DNA of 64,000 nucleotides from Gordius albopunctatus (Eukaryota): positions 11,904,001 to 11,968,000 of the forward strand of contig OZ193909.1 of NCBI GenBank assembly GCA_964276515.1, written 5' to 3'. Position 1 is the stretch's first letter; every line of letters starts with the position of its first letter. The notes under the pieces were generated by a model, which saw nothing but the letters and a program-made list of their open reading frames with translations, was not told the origin of the DNA and made no database searches. Positions 25,101-40,100 of the stretch are shown one piece after another. A program made the translations under genes and the position numbers.

Positions 25101-28100
25101 GACGATTATGGGCACTTAGTGAAGGGTTTGGTCGACTGTCTTGGCATCGTTCAGCTATTTGAATCAAGTCATTCCTTATTATTAAACCACGCTGCAACTG
25201 TCCCCGAAGCGTTCATAGTAAGCCAAAATTCAATTCCTAAACATATGCCGCTTAATCAAAGGAACATTGTTATTTTTGGAAAGCTAATTAATGATTATTT
25301 CTTTATACAATATTAATCTTGACTAACTGTTGAAATAATAGAAAACTAATAATAGGAACATACTTTAAAATAATCTTTAATTTATTAATAGCAAGATATC
25401 CATTTATTAAGGGAGAACTTAATCGGCTAGGCGGTCGTTCTATACGGTGAAATGGTGTTATCATTAATTTATTAGTTTTGTGCCCTAATGCTATAATGAA
25501 ACTTTAAATAGTTCCTATATAAATTTAAAAAAATTACCTGTTTTGGCCATCTAAAAACGATTATATTTATTTGTACCTTATTTTGATTAGGTTTTTTTAC
25601 GAATCTTGATGGCGATATAAAATTATCTGTCAATTAAATGATTAGTTAGACAAAAGATAAAATTTTAATGTTAAATTCAATTTAATCTTTTCATTGATTC
25701 TTCGCCGTTTGTAAAAGAGGATGACGTTTATTAATTGATTGTGTATATTCGTTCGCTATTTTATGTATTGGTGTGCATATTTTTTTGATAACAATGTTGT
25801 AACGGGCAAATTTATTTATCAGATTGCTACCGATTTGGAATATACGACCTTAACGATATGGAGAATTTTGGGTATACTCCCCGCACCCAAAAAATTAGTT
25901 AACCGCATAGCTCATATATCGGAAGAATTCTCCTTCAATAAGGATACTTCGGGGAAAGCGCTCAGTGGTCCCGAAGACGACCACGCCACGGAGACCGTTA
26001 GTTGCATAACCTACAACAACGCTTACTATCTCAACTTTTTTTTGTGGGTCAATCGACTGGATTACAAGGATTCACCGTACCTCTCTTGGACAAAAGTGAG
26101 TTTGCATCATTGCCTTTAAGAGTAGTTTTGGCTTCGTTTTCGAACATTTTTTTTAACCCTAATTTTAACATTCTATCTTGTTTTTTTTAAAGCTGTGAAC
26201 TAAGTATCCATGGCCCGATTATTTTTATATCGGTTAATTACTTATGATTAAACACAGCTTCATTTATTGAATATTTAATTAAGCTTTTAGTAATTTACTT
26301 AAACTTAACATGAATTAGTCGCTAAAAGCCGTATTAATCGATTTAACTCCTAGTTCATTAATTGATTTATAAATCAAATACATTTTGGCGACAGGATTGC
26401 TTGAAGAAACAAGGGTTGTCGTTGCTAAAGACCAACATAATGCTTTCTAAAATCGTGCGTAATCACACTTATTTAGAGGACATGTTGCACTGCATTATAG
26501 AAGTTTTGAAAACCCAGGTACAATCTTGATCTCACGATATCTTAAATGACCATAATAAATTATACCATAAAGTATTATAAATATATAGTTGTAGTTCTTC
26601 TTTTCGGTATTGCTGTTTTTCATTATTTTAAATATTAACTAGAAAATTACATTATGTTTATGAAATTTATAAAAATAGGTTGATAATTTTTGAATGATCA
26701 TTTATTTTTGTGTACTTAGGTATTTTTGGAATTTGAGCACTCATCGGAAAAATCTATGCGAAAATTGCCCACCCTCAATCATTATTATCTCATCGACGCC
26801 GTGGTCAGCAAGCTCATTTTAAACGTTAACGAATTGTACAGCAACAAGGACCAAGTGAACACCTATCTAATTTGTATATGAGCATGAAGATCCTCTTGGA
26901 CCTTTATAATCTCATTTATATGTTATTAACTTTAATACTATTTTTTATTATAGCTCTTTACTATGTGTATAATTTTTTTTGTAAATTACTATATATGAAG
27001 GTCGACAAATCCAGGCTGGAAAATAGTAAAATCATGCAAAGATTTGTTAGCCTTTTACTTAGCCTCATCAAACTCCTTCACTACACCATAAAGTAAAAAT
27101 AAATTTTATAATTTAAAAGCGATGGCAAACGGCTATGTTTTTTTGCTCAGGTTAGCTTGGAATTAAACAAATCAAAGTTTTTTGTTGATTGTAATCTCCT
27201 TTTTAAATTTCGCTTTATAGTTTTGTCATTAGATTATTTTAACCGAATAAAGTTTTACTTCACTAAATTTTAGGAGTAAATTAGAAGTGGGCGAAATCTT
27301 GAGTTACACTTTTAAATAGCCTGTTGGTTTGATTGCCTTACCCGTTTCGCCGACTATACATTACATGTTTTATATTCCCTCGCTGGGTCTAGCTGGGCTA
27401 GTATTCATTGTAATTAAATCAGAGGCCTAACGAAAAGGTAGTTAAATAAACGTTTATATATTGCGGCAGCACACTTTAAAATGGCTACATCAAATCAATT
27501 TCACAATGTTTAAAGAGATCGCCCTCCAAATTTGCATTCGTTTTTGTTCTTTTTATATTACACTCGGTTTGAATATTTATGAGAATAGATACAGTCGCAA
27601 AGAACTCACACTTACATTCAATTAACCGGTAATATTATATGCAAGATCAATTACGACCCGATAAGTTTTGTTTAGCCCTAAAGTTTGGATATTTATTTAA
27701 GTTTTGAATGACCCTAAATTTAATCCAATGTTAGCATTGCTCCTTTTATCGATTACTTGCAAACGTTTTATACCCTGTGCGTTAAAATATTTTTGGGCCA
27801 AGTATGAACGGCAAATTTTATTGATCTCCCAGGTGAAGCCTGATGGCAATCAAATATTTTATCTTATTTTGGGGTAAGGTTGTAATTTTCTCAAACCCAG
27901 GCCTGAGGTTTGAAAGAGTTTCAGGTCGGGCTTGGGCATTGGGCCTAGGAAAATTAAGTTTTTAGCCCTATATTTGGCTGGGATCTAATAATAATTAACG
28001 ACAATAATTATTACACATTTTTGCTACGATAAAGGCGTCAAATTTATCGAAATTACGTGGGTATCGAGTCTCAAAGCACTCCGGAGCCAGACCCGTTCCT

Positions 28101-31100
28101 AACGCCTCCAGCCGAAAAAAGGGAATTTACCTGTGCCGAACAAGAGCCGAGCAATGAGAGTGTTAGTTTAGACGCCTATTACAACCAAGCAATACGGTCT
28201 ATCGTGGAGCGAGTATGCTCTGGCAATCCCGTAAGATCTCTTTCCCTCACCAATATCATATACCCAAGTGGTACGGGCGGGGCCTCCTCATCTTCCTCCT
28301 CCATGGAAAATATCACTTGCGACAACAACCCCGCTTCCTTTCCTCAAGCTGTAAGTGGATTATGTAAAGAAATTAAGGGGTAGTTAGTTATCTATTTAAC
28401 TAATATGGAGAATATTTACAAGAATAATAGGAATGAATAAGACTAATCATATATACCTTATTATAAAATCATATAGAGGTATAAGGTTACAACATAAACA
28501 AAGGAATGACAATTATAAACTAAAAAATATGATTATAGCACGAAGTTAAAATTAATATTAGTGTATGTTATAATGATTAAACGATATTCTTTCATATATT
28601 CACGTGTAAAACATTATCGACGTTATAAGTTGAGTCATTATTGCTATATATTTTTACGTTGACAGATATTTCATGTTCTTAGCAAATTATCTAGAAGCTT
28701 ATTGGTAGTATTAATGAAACCTTTAAAAACGCCTGAATCACATTAATGAGCGAACGAGTTTGATGTATGATTGCTTTTAAAATGCGGGAAGGTATTTTTT
28801 GTTAAAGAGTAATATTGCAAACTCTTTTATTACGATATCTAATGTTAACAAAGTATTCTTTGTAGCTTTAAATGAGAAAGCAGTTTGGTTACATAATGCG
28901 AACACTCATTACAAACAATGAACTGGCGCTAACTAAAGATAGACTCGCATAGCCCAAACTAGCTTTACTCCTCTCCCCAATAGTTTTTAAGTTTGATGGC
29001 GTTTTATTTAAGTCCCTTTTTCGGTGACACATGTAACTTTGATAAAATTTATAGATTTTGATCCACAACGACTAGTTTAAGACAAACGACATAATTTGAC
29101 TGTGTTTACTCAAAGAACAACAAATGCGTTTTTATTTGAGTGTCATAGCTCTATATCTGTAATTTCATTTGCATCTATCTAATTGTTTCAGACTTTGGCT
29201 GGTCGAGATCCGCGATTTTATGCCTACTGCCAAATGGCGAGTTTGAGTTCGGACAATTTGGAAAGAATTTGCTTGTCACGAGAGACACCCTCCACCAGCA
29301 AAAAGACGCTATCATCACCGATTTTACCGGTAGCCTTGACATTTTGTTTGGACAAATGGGAGGCTATCTCTACCACCCAATTCCCAGCCCCTCCCACCTC
29401 GGTAAAATGCATATGTGATGAGTGAATTATAGTATAAAGTGTTGACTTTAGGCAGTCGTTAAATGAGATTCCTTTTCTAACATTTTCCTAATTTTAATTA
29501 TGCCAAGTTGTTTGAAAGTATTTTATCCAAGTTGAGAATTTATTAATACATGATTGTTAAGGCTCTATTTTAAATTTGTTATGATATATAAAGCCCTTTT
29601 TAAGTATTTCATATTATATTGATATGAAAATAGTTTATTTTCAAAGCATAGAAACAATTTTATCGATTAATTTATTGCTTTAGATTTTAAATATTAATGG
29701 AAGTGGCACAATGTCTTTATTTTTGCAATTTTGCGGTAGAATGACAACAAATCTGTAGATTACTTCCAGGAACGCGATTCATTTTATTCAAACGTCGTAC
29801 TTTCCCATCTCAAAAATTTAAGTAATTTAATTTGCTTTTAACCAGAACTACTTCTATCAAATAAATATGAAAAAAAAATTAAAAATTTAGTCATTAAATC
29901 TTACGTGGTATCTATTATTATTTTAATAAATTTTTACGATAGTTTATCTTTTACTTAATTTAATAGTTTTGATAATATTTATAACTTTTGTAGGACATTA
30001 TGATGAATAGAATTATTAGTTAAAACATAATTTAATGATAAAAATATACCAATCAAGGCAAAGGCATTATGCTTCCATGGATTATATAAAGCCTTACATA
30101 ACATACATTAAATGGCATTAGATGTAATACGATTCAGAGTTTTGTCAATGTTAATAAAAAAACCAACGGGTTTGGCAAGATTGACAAAAATAATATTTTT
30201 AAGCCTTAAAATATTGTATCATTTGCACATTGATCTTTTTACACCTCATTTTTTGTAGTTTTTATTAAAATTTTTGATGACTAAATAGGTAGTAACGGTT
30301 TCGATTCATCTACATCGCTTAAAAGGACCTTCGATACTTGTCTCACCCTTCTAGCCATTTTGGTAAAGTAAGGAAAGATTTTTATATTAAATAAATCAAT
30401 TTAAACTTATGTAACTTCCTTAGGCACATGAATTTGGAGAAGATGAAAGAAGAAATTAAATCCGTAGTAATGCCCATCCTACTAGATGCCCGTACCGACT
30501 ACGTCTTAACCAGCGTAAAATTACTATTAAACTTTATTCGATATTTCTTCCTCTTCTAATTATAAATAACATTGAAAACGAGATTTTTACAATTTGGGTA
30601 CACATTTTTTAAAAAAATTAATGTAAAGGTATTTTATGATTTTTGCACATTAGGAATCTGTTCATAATTTTTAAAATCGAGAATTATTTTGATTCGAAAT
30701 GAAATATTATAAATGTTTTTCAATTATTCTCCTAAATGTTATATAAGGAATATTTATTGCATTTATAATTTGATCTTAACTTGAAAATATTTTTTCGATG
30801 GAATATCTCTAGATTAGCGATGACCTTTCGGCTATACTGGGACCGCAGGATGGCTTCAATTTTAAATACGACATTTCTCTGTGTGCCGTTAAAAAGTGTC
30901 AAGATGTGCTCAATAACCTTAGCAAAGAATGGTAACGCTATCAATTTCATCCTACATCAAACTTACTTTTATTTCCCATAGTTTAAAACCCCATTTTTTC
31001 GCTTGGAATTTTAATGGTTTGTGATCGCATTCTTTAAAAATTAGACACTTCGTAGAAATTTAGTTAGAGCCTATTAAAAGTTCGTTTTTAACAATATATA

Positions 31101-34100
31101 TTAATCAATGCGATCAAAAGGTGATCATAGCATTTACAAGTTGCTGCTTAGCTTTATATCGCCAAGCACTCCTCTTATAAAAATCCTAACAGAAATTATG
31201 ACGCTTCCTCTACATTTTTCTCTCCAGGTACTCCGAGAATATGTGCTTGTATATCGTTAACCTCCTTACAAAATTGGTGGAATATGAGCACGGTGTGGCC
31301 GCATTTTTTTCCGCCTTCAAAACTAGCGAAGGTCACCATTTTTATGCCAATTTACTTCGAAAGGCAGTTTTAAACTTTAATTAATTTTCATTTTAAAAAT
31401 TCTTTAAATTTGACAACAATGATGAACTTTACACGAACCAACTCATGACGCTATAAATTAGCTAATTATGGAAAGGGAGAACGAAATCTGTTTGGTATGG
31501 GCATTTTAAAATTGATTTATTATTTAAAAGATAAAAGCTTATGTAGGACAAAAAACTTGATAACAATTTATCAAAATAATATAACGGAAATCAACTAACT
31601 TTTAATTGGAGTTTTTTTCGGACGAATCTTTGATAAGCAATGAATTATAAACATTTCCCCTTTAATTAATAACAAATAGATTACCTCCTGTTACTACGAT
31701 TCGTATGCGACGAACGCATTGGTGACAATCACATTCCGCTCAGTAACGTCTTAAATCACGCAATTTTGAAGCTAATCGATCGATCTATTTACTCCCTTAC
31801 CACTCAATATGGCTTGGTGCAGCAGGGCTACCTAGACTCTTTGGACAATTTCGTGACGACCTTTCTTCTCATAGACGAAAACATCGATGTTTACATACGG
31901 AGGTTCGTTTGTATCATGGACGGCGATTTTATACAGGTATTTTAACCACTTTACCCGGAGCGAGTGTGTTAGAATTTATATATTTTTTTAAAATTTATTT
32001 TTCATTTTTAAGTAGAGATATCGGGAATTGCTAAAAGCAGAAGGATAAATTTTTTTCCATTAGCTTTTTCTATATTTCTTAAAGAGATTATATTGATTAG
32101 GATCTTTAATCTTCCGGCAAATAATATAACAGCTTTTTTATACAATAAGGTTTCATATAATGAAGATATTAAGCTTAACGAGCTTGTCTATAATTTAACA
32201 TTTGTTAAAGGAATAGATTTAATTAATATCTAAAATAAATGTGATTTGATCTGCAGCTATGTCTAACAAGCCTTTAGACATAATGGGCTTGACGAATTAA
32301 ATAATGTATTAAATAAGGAACCAAAAGAATTAGTGCGTACATCAAGGCAATACAACTATTACCTAAAAATTGAGGATTAAATTATTCAATTTGTCTTCCA
32401 AAAGGCAATTTATCATCATCATTAGCTTTGTTTGAGATTTGGCTGGATGTATTCATGATTAATATATCCTATTTAATCCATAGCTAAACGATTCTTTGCA
32501 AGTAAGCGTGGTACTGGAAAACGCGCACAACTTTTACCGCTTAATCTATCGCACCATGCAACATACAAGGTAAATTGTCATTCAAGCTAGCCCAAATTAT
32601 TGATAAAAATAAATTTTAAGCCTCTACGTCATATAAATCTTTTATATAGCATAATGATTCCTCAAGCATCGTACGAGCGATTAATTCAATCGTTGGGATC
32701 TCTCATAGCAATTTTGGTGTCTGAATTCAAGCAGATCCATTGCCACGCCATATTCAGTGCGACCACTTACTTGTTTTTGACTATGGCCTTTCTAGCTTAC
32801 CTCCAAGGCATGAGGGGTATCGTTTATTTGACGGATTACGTGATTAAATTGCTTAATACACTATTCGAGGAACATTACATCGAATCTTATCTCTCCAAAG
32901 AACGCACGCAATTTAACAAATCCGGGGTTCGTTGAGAAGCATGTGACACCTATACTTTTAAATTAGAATTATAAAACTTTGGCCGTATTGATAAATCTTT
33001 ATGTCATGCTAAGAGGTTCGTTAGTACTATTTAGGGACTTTTCATGTCAAATCGCCACGTTTTCGGCCCACCCTCTCAGATTTTTATGAAATTTGGTTAG
33101 AATATAGAAACTTTTGATGTTATTAAAATCGAAAAATATAACCCATTTGGGGTACTAATTTTTGCGTTGTGAGCGTTGTAATGTCAAAAATCGGTCTTTT
33201 ACGACAAAGGTCCATGACGCTAAATTCATTATAAATTTAAATTAATTACCCATTGAATAAGCATTAAATATAAATTGCTATGCAATATATAAATTGTTGT
33301 GTGTATTATGTCGATTTATTTTTTAAATTAAAAAAATATTGTCATTTTTCTAAATATTTTATCATAGAAACTGTACACATTCTTGGCTTATCTATTTTCC
33401 TACTTGAATACCATACTTTTGTGCGTTAATCCACACGTGGAAAAAAGTGATTCTGCCCCCAGTGAAACTACAACCTGCGACACTTTGGACATAATGAGCG
33501 CAGTATTTTACCTTTCGCATATAATTATACAATAATAATTAACGAAATTGCTGTATGTACTCATCCTCATTTTCGAAACTTTAATAAAGTTATGATGTTT
33601 TGTCCTAGGTTAAGGATAAGAAATTTCAATCTGTATCAATGGATTTGGAAGATTCTTATTCGGACGAATCGGTAATTTAATTTTTATTACTTAATAGTTC
33701 AATTATTTTTTAATAGGATTCCATCGACCATAACTTTGAAATATGTACTTTCACGTTCACCAACAAGGAGTTCGTGGATCAGCACTGGTAACAGTATCAT
33801 CACTTATATTATTCACTTCTATATAGTCAAATTTTGTATTATTTTCATACGTATTTTAATCAATTTTAAAAGATGTTTTGCCAGCTGTCTTATAATACGT
33901 AATATCTATGTTATATTTTATTTGAGAAAATGATATTATGACGTTTAAGTTTTTTTAGCAACCATTTACTTTTTTGTCATTTTAGGTATCATTGTCACAC
34001 ATGTAATATGGTGGATGGGATGGGTGTTTGTACGGTATGCGCTAAGGTTTGCCACAAAGGCCACGATGTTACCTATGCTAAATTCGGTTCGTTTTTTTGC

Positions 34101-37100
34101 GATTGTGGCGCTAAGGAGGATGCTTCTTGCAAGGTTGACCTAAATTTTAACACTATCAATTTATTAATTCATCAATCTTTATAAGTGATTTATAATTCTA
34201 AGCTAAAATTGACTACGATTTTATTTTTTCATATAAAAGCATTCTATTTAAATATTTGATATTATTAGCGAAATTGACAAACTCGGGACAAATTTATTAA
34301 AAGCATGGAGATTTCTCTAGAGTTTTTCACGTGAGGTAATAAAAATACTACGCCATGTTATGACCACATTATACAATAAATTTTGTATAAGGAATAAATA
34401 GGAAATTTACCTCAAATTTGAATTTAAGATTTCGGTCGTTTAAAAATAAAAGATTTTATTTGATGATATAATTTAAACGAAAAAAAGGCTATAATGATAA
34501 GACCAGAATCTGTTGACGTGTCTCCCTCTACCAATTTCCTGAGCCATTCATTTTCTTACGATTCTTGCTCCTCCGTATCCCTGAAAGAAGCCTCAAACTC
34601 GTGCCCATCTCCTCACCCCAAACTAAACAAAGATGTCAAGTATGAGTACATGAAGACTGGCATCTTGAGTGCCTTCCAAATTTACACGAGTCAGCAAATC
34701 AATAGGATGATGCAGGACGCCTCCGATATTTACAACGACTTTGCTTCAAACCGAGTAATTTTATGCGCAAATTTGCATTAAAATTCAATTCACACTTATG
34801 CTATGAGGTTGGCAGATCATTTTAGATTAATAATTAATTTTCAAATTACAGCGTTTGGAAACGATTAATTTGCAATATTAGGAATAGATTACAATGTTTG
34901 CAAGCTTTTTTGTATTAATTTTAATTTGATGAAATTTAACACTGAATATAGTCAAGTTTTGCAAACCTTTATTTAAGTGATATAGCACCTAGATTTATCA
35001 CTCGAGATATTTTAACAATACATATATTGGTTATGAAATAGATTTATGTATAGGTAAAATAATTTGAATTTTAGCGTTTTCATATAATTTTACATATTTA
35101 AAAGTTGCGGGAATTTTTATAAGCATACATTTCCCATGCTTATACAGACATTCGAGCAAATGTTTGGGTGCATGAGAAAATACACGTTGTTTACTTTCGG
35201 AGGATCCGACCAAACACTATCGGGGGTAAAGGATGGGGAATCATGGAATTACATGACTTCCCTCGATTGTTACACCGCCACTTCTCATATAAGCCATCGC
35301 TTAATCCACTTTTACCATTCCCCCGGCAACATGATATTTAACGAAGGAAAAAATGAAATGCTGACTTGCAAAAAATTCTCCCTTTTCGACGCCTCCGGTA
35401 GCACTGTGTTGGCTGCGATGGAAGATCGGAGAATTAACTTAACGTCCACCACAGCATGTAAAGAACGTAAAACTCCGATGATATATTTAGAGCCGAACGC
35501 TTTCAGCATGAATAGAAACTCCAAAAGTTCTCCTTTTCCACCCATGACAAATACCATTGGCAAAACCAACGGAGGCAGTGCGGGCAAATACGCTGTAGCT
35601 TCGCCTGCGCTAGCGCATAAACCCATTTTTGCTTGCGTTAGACCTAGCGAAACCAAGTATCGGCTCGAGGCTTCCGAACAAGATGCCTTCAACTGCCCAC
35701 GTTTCCTAGCTACCACGGGCAAAGATAGGGTTTCAAATTTGGAATTAATATTGGATTGTTGGGTGTATTCTGTTGTATTTATTTTACTGGCTAATTCCTT
35801 TTAAAAAGTGTAGTCTATGGTGTGCCGTTAAAGAGATCATTGTTTTCAAAAAGGATTAGGAAAATTTTAATGTATAATTGTAAATGTAATAAAACATCGA
35901 TTTTAATTTGCGATTCGCATACTTTTATAAATTGGAACATTTTTTGATTAAACATGTATTTTGTTTATATTTAAATTGTCCATGTGCAAATTAAGGATAT
36001 ATAAATACCCTTGATTTTGTCATCAAAAATAGGTATATTAGAGGTTTAAATAATCAAAATTTGGCTATAAATGTTTCTAATTTATATTTTAAACCCTTTG
36101 ACCCTTGTGTATGGCTAATTATTGTTTATGTTATTCAATTATGCAGCTCGCCCTTTTCCAACGACAACACTCCACAATTTTACCCAAAATTAAAAATGCC
36201 GTGCCTTTATTTCAACAACTGTCATCCACAAACTTCAGCCATAACATCAAGTCCCTCCTGCCCCACCCACACACTAACGAACACGTCGCCGTTGTAGGAC
36301 TCAAGGTGAGACTTCACTTGGCTGGTATTATATTTATGAGGTTATTCGCCTTAAAATCAACACGGTTTGTTTTTAATTTTAACGCTTACTTATTGACGAT
36401 CATGTTAGATTAGCTCTAACTAACTCAATAATTTCAACATTAGTTTTAGGTAGAGTCACAAACGTTTTTAAATAACTTATCTGCACTAATTAACTTTTTA
36501 CTATTAGGCAAATGTTTTTCTCTCTCTTCAGATCATTCTTATATTATTGCAAATGTGAAACGTATAAAATTCAATCGATTTTTCAAAGGCCGTGACTCTA
36601 CTGGATGTGAGCGGGTCAGCGCCAAAACTGAAGATCGTGAGCGTGATCAAGCCTCGAGATGTTGGTTCGGAAGAAAGCATTTGCACCATCATACGTTGTT
36701 TTTGGTTACCAGTCCACTGCACCTCACTCACCAATCAAATGCCCCTATACCTTGGTGTAGTGACGGAAAATTATGTTCAAATATACCTCACCAATGACCA
36801 TACCGATTGTACCGTAAATAAAATCCCCAAATCAATGGTCACCCTGATGCATCATTACGTAATCCCAAATAATTCCATAACGGATGCCTGCTACGTTAAA
36901 GCAGGAGCGGATGTTTATCATATACTTGTCTTGTCTAAACAGGGTATACATTTCAGAAGTTAATTTTGTCTAACTTTTTATACCCGGACCCGGCCAGCTC
37001 CGATTATATAACTAATTTGCTACCCCCACTCTGGCCCACACCAACCCTTCTAAATAAGTCTCCGCCTCTCCCTGCCCGGATCATTAGAGATGTCCGCACT

Positions 37101-40100
37101 GCTCGCCCCGAAATGACAGTTTTTTAGATTTTTAGCGATAATTCCCTTGTATACCCTTTAAAAAATAGATACAATAAATAAAAAGGTGACGAAAATAATA
37201 TTAATCCATCATATAAATGAATTCATTGAGCCCGATCCCAAATCTTGTAAATGCTCGGCCGGGCCTGCGAAATTGAAATTTATGACAGTAGCCAGCCCCT
37301 GGAACGGACAGGGCTTTTCTAGCCTCTTTCGATTTTAAAAACAATTTTTTTCCTTCTGCGTAGATGTTTAGTGTCATTTTCTATACACTGCAGGGACGGT
37401 TTACTATTCTTCTTTTGCCAGCCGAGATGAAGAAGCATCCCAAATACCAATATATATGACGAATAGTATTGTCCCGGTAAACCCTTGTATTCAAGTAATG
37501 CGCATTTATATTTTTCATTCAAAATTTCCTCTCTTTCTATAATTTAGGCCGATTTAAATGGAAACTTATGCGGTGGTGGGAAGAGTTTATATTATATCAG
37601 TTCTTGCAAAGTATTATTAATAACTTACTGTGATGGAAATACTTTCATTGCTTTCCCCGATACTTCTCGCGATCACACCCAAATGACGCTTTCTAACGTC
37701 TCTCGTTTTATTTCAAACGGGTAAGTGTCTATTTAAACTTTTGCTAAATACTTTAAATTTTTCCCAACTTTTTTTCCTAGTGATCAAAAAGGTGCTCTGC
37801 AAGATTTTAAGGAGTGCCTCGATTTGCCAGGCTTCCTAACCTGTTTTTCTTCGGTTCACGTGGAAAACAACTCTATTCTTAGCGAAAACGAAAAGACCAT
37901 CTCAAATACGCCCACTATTAAAAATTACCTAACTAGCGGAACCAAATATCGACCCTTACTCATAGATTTTAATTCTGTTCCCAAAAACCATAGCCACGAC
38001 TATAGGGGCGATGGAGATACCCTGACTCCAATCGTGTATTACAGCGATGTGTTAATGGATTTAGAGGCCTACATTCAATCCAAATCTCCTAGTTCCCCGA
38101 TAGTTTTCTCTACAAAACTATGCTCACCTACCGTAAATTTTGAATAATTGCATTCGTGAACGCAAAGTTTTTTGTTCATATTAGGCGTAAATCTGTGCAG
38201 GCAATTTTTGGATACTATTTACACGTGCATTTATTAAATTTAATAAGGCGCGTTATTAACTATACTTTATATAAAAAAATTTCACATTTTTTATATGGGC
38301 GCCTGCGCCTCGTTCTTTAAATGCATCTTTGAATCGTATCAAAAACGAATCCCCGTCCCATTAACTTAGAATTCTGTCTCTAAACAGATACATACTAGGT
38401 TGAAGTTGTTTTAGTCATATTAAGGAACATGTTATAATTCAATGTAATCAAATGATAGGAAATTAATGAATTTTAATTTAGTTTTGGGTGATTCAGGTGT
38501 TTTGGAGGGGTGCGATTTTTCTCAATGATTTTTTTGAGGTTTTCATGATATTTAACACTTTGTTATAGGTAACGGATATTCTAGCATTTATGGAAATGAC
38601 CCCATTATCAACCACTTCGGCATTTCGTCCATCTTCTCTAGCTGACCTTTCTCAGTTGACAATAATGATGTTGACAGACGATGGCTCACTCCTAATATCT
38701 GCCATGAAGGAAATCAATCCCGTCTTGGCTTATAGTATGGGTCTAGAAGGGCCTTTATGTTACCCAACATTGACTGAAGAAATTAATAATACCGCGAAAG
38801 GTTATTTAAAAGAGCTTTATTTGTTTTATTGATGTTCATTTATTATATAAATCTGTCATTATATTCTTTGCTAATGAGTTTGTTACTTTTTAAATGTAAA
38901 TTTAGTAAATAATTCATATATAGCATATTAACATCAATGACATCCTTTTTACTAAATTTTTTTATTTCCTCCTCACTTTTTGTTTAAGCAGGAGATCACT
39001 GTTTTCCGATATGTTTTATTCTATATTTAATTGTTTAGATGTTGACAATGCGTCAATTTTACAAATCCAACCTGAAAACGATTATCAGAATTATAACGCT
39101 TTCAATTTTAATCAAAAGCATAAGCAGAAGAATGCCAAGGAAAAGGGTAAATCTTAGGGATATGTATTTTTTTAAATTTGTGTTTTAAACCCGCGTTCGT
39201 GATGACGCGCGAATGCGAAAAAGGGCCAAGTGAATTTTTGGGCTAATTTATCAAACTTTCCATTTTCTTATTAATATCTTTATATTTACCGTTAAATTTA
39301 CCATATATCAATGGTATTCATTGATAAGATCGTAATTATTCTATAAACATATGCAATTATATAAAAATACATACATACCAAATTCAATTTTTTAACCATC
39401 GCGCGAAAAGTACAAAATGATTTGTATCTTATTTTCCTTCGCTTTTTGCCGCGGGCGAAAATAATCGTGTGCGGTTTCACTACGAACGCCTCCTATTTAC
39501 AATTGTTATTTTCATGCTATATTTGATAAAATTCACCACGAATATAAAGGTATTAAGAAAAATAATGAAAATTTTGATAAATTAGCACAAAATTTCACTT
39601 CGCTTTTTCCGCTTCGCGCGTCATCACGAACGCGGGGTAAAATTCATGGTTTTAACTACAGAATATATTGTTTCAAGTCAGGCTGGGATTGAAAATTTAA
39701 GTTTTTTAGCTAAGAAAATATAATTTAATGGGGAAATAACTAGATCTATCCAATGTTTTACCATTATTTTCTCGAAAAATATGTAATTATTGAGTTTAAA
39801 TTTTTGTTTTCTGCCAATTTATTTCACATTTTATATTGGATTAGTTAATTTAATGTTAAAACTCTCCTCTTCAAAAACGTCTTACTGCTACACCTATATT
39901 CGTTTTTCTAGTTTTACCTAGCGTGGACCATTTCGAATCGTGCGAGCTAAGTGCCGACGTGGAGTTTGGAGGAATCGATTATTTGGAAGTTTACGATAAG
40001 GCTAAACTTGCTCATCGCCTAAATACCCCGGGCCTTTACATAGCGGCTATCCCTCGTTCCCTGAATAATACAGTGAACAATGCTGCTTCGAATAGCATGG

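Noticed and set aside
25739..25822. ORF-track extensions beyond UBR4 exons that look like hydrophobic peptides (also 26872-27000 and 41545-41838)
   Set aside because: They are read-through into T-rich intron sequence or the antisense strand of transposon remnants.
35312..35722. Antisense ORFs such as 35312-35722, 6065-6409, 14706-15065, 1348-1662 and 57244-57504
   Set aside because: They are opposite-strand shadows of real coding sequence and have no recognisable motifs.
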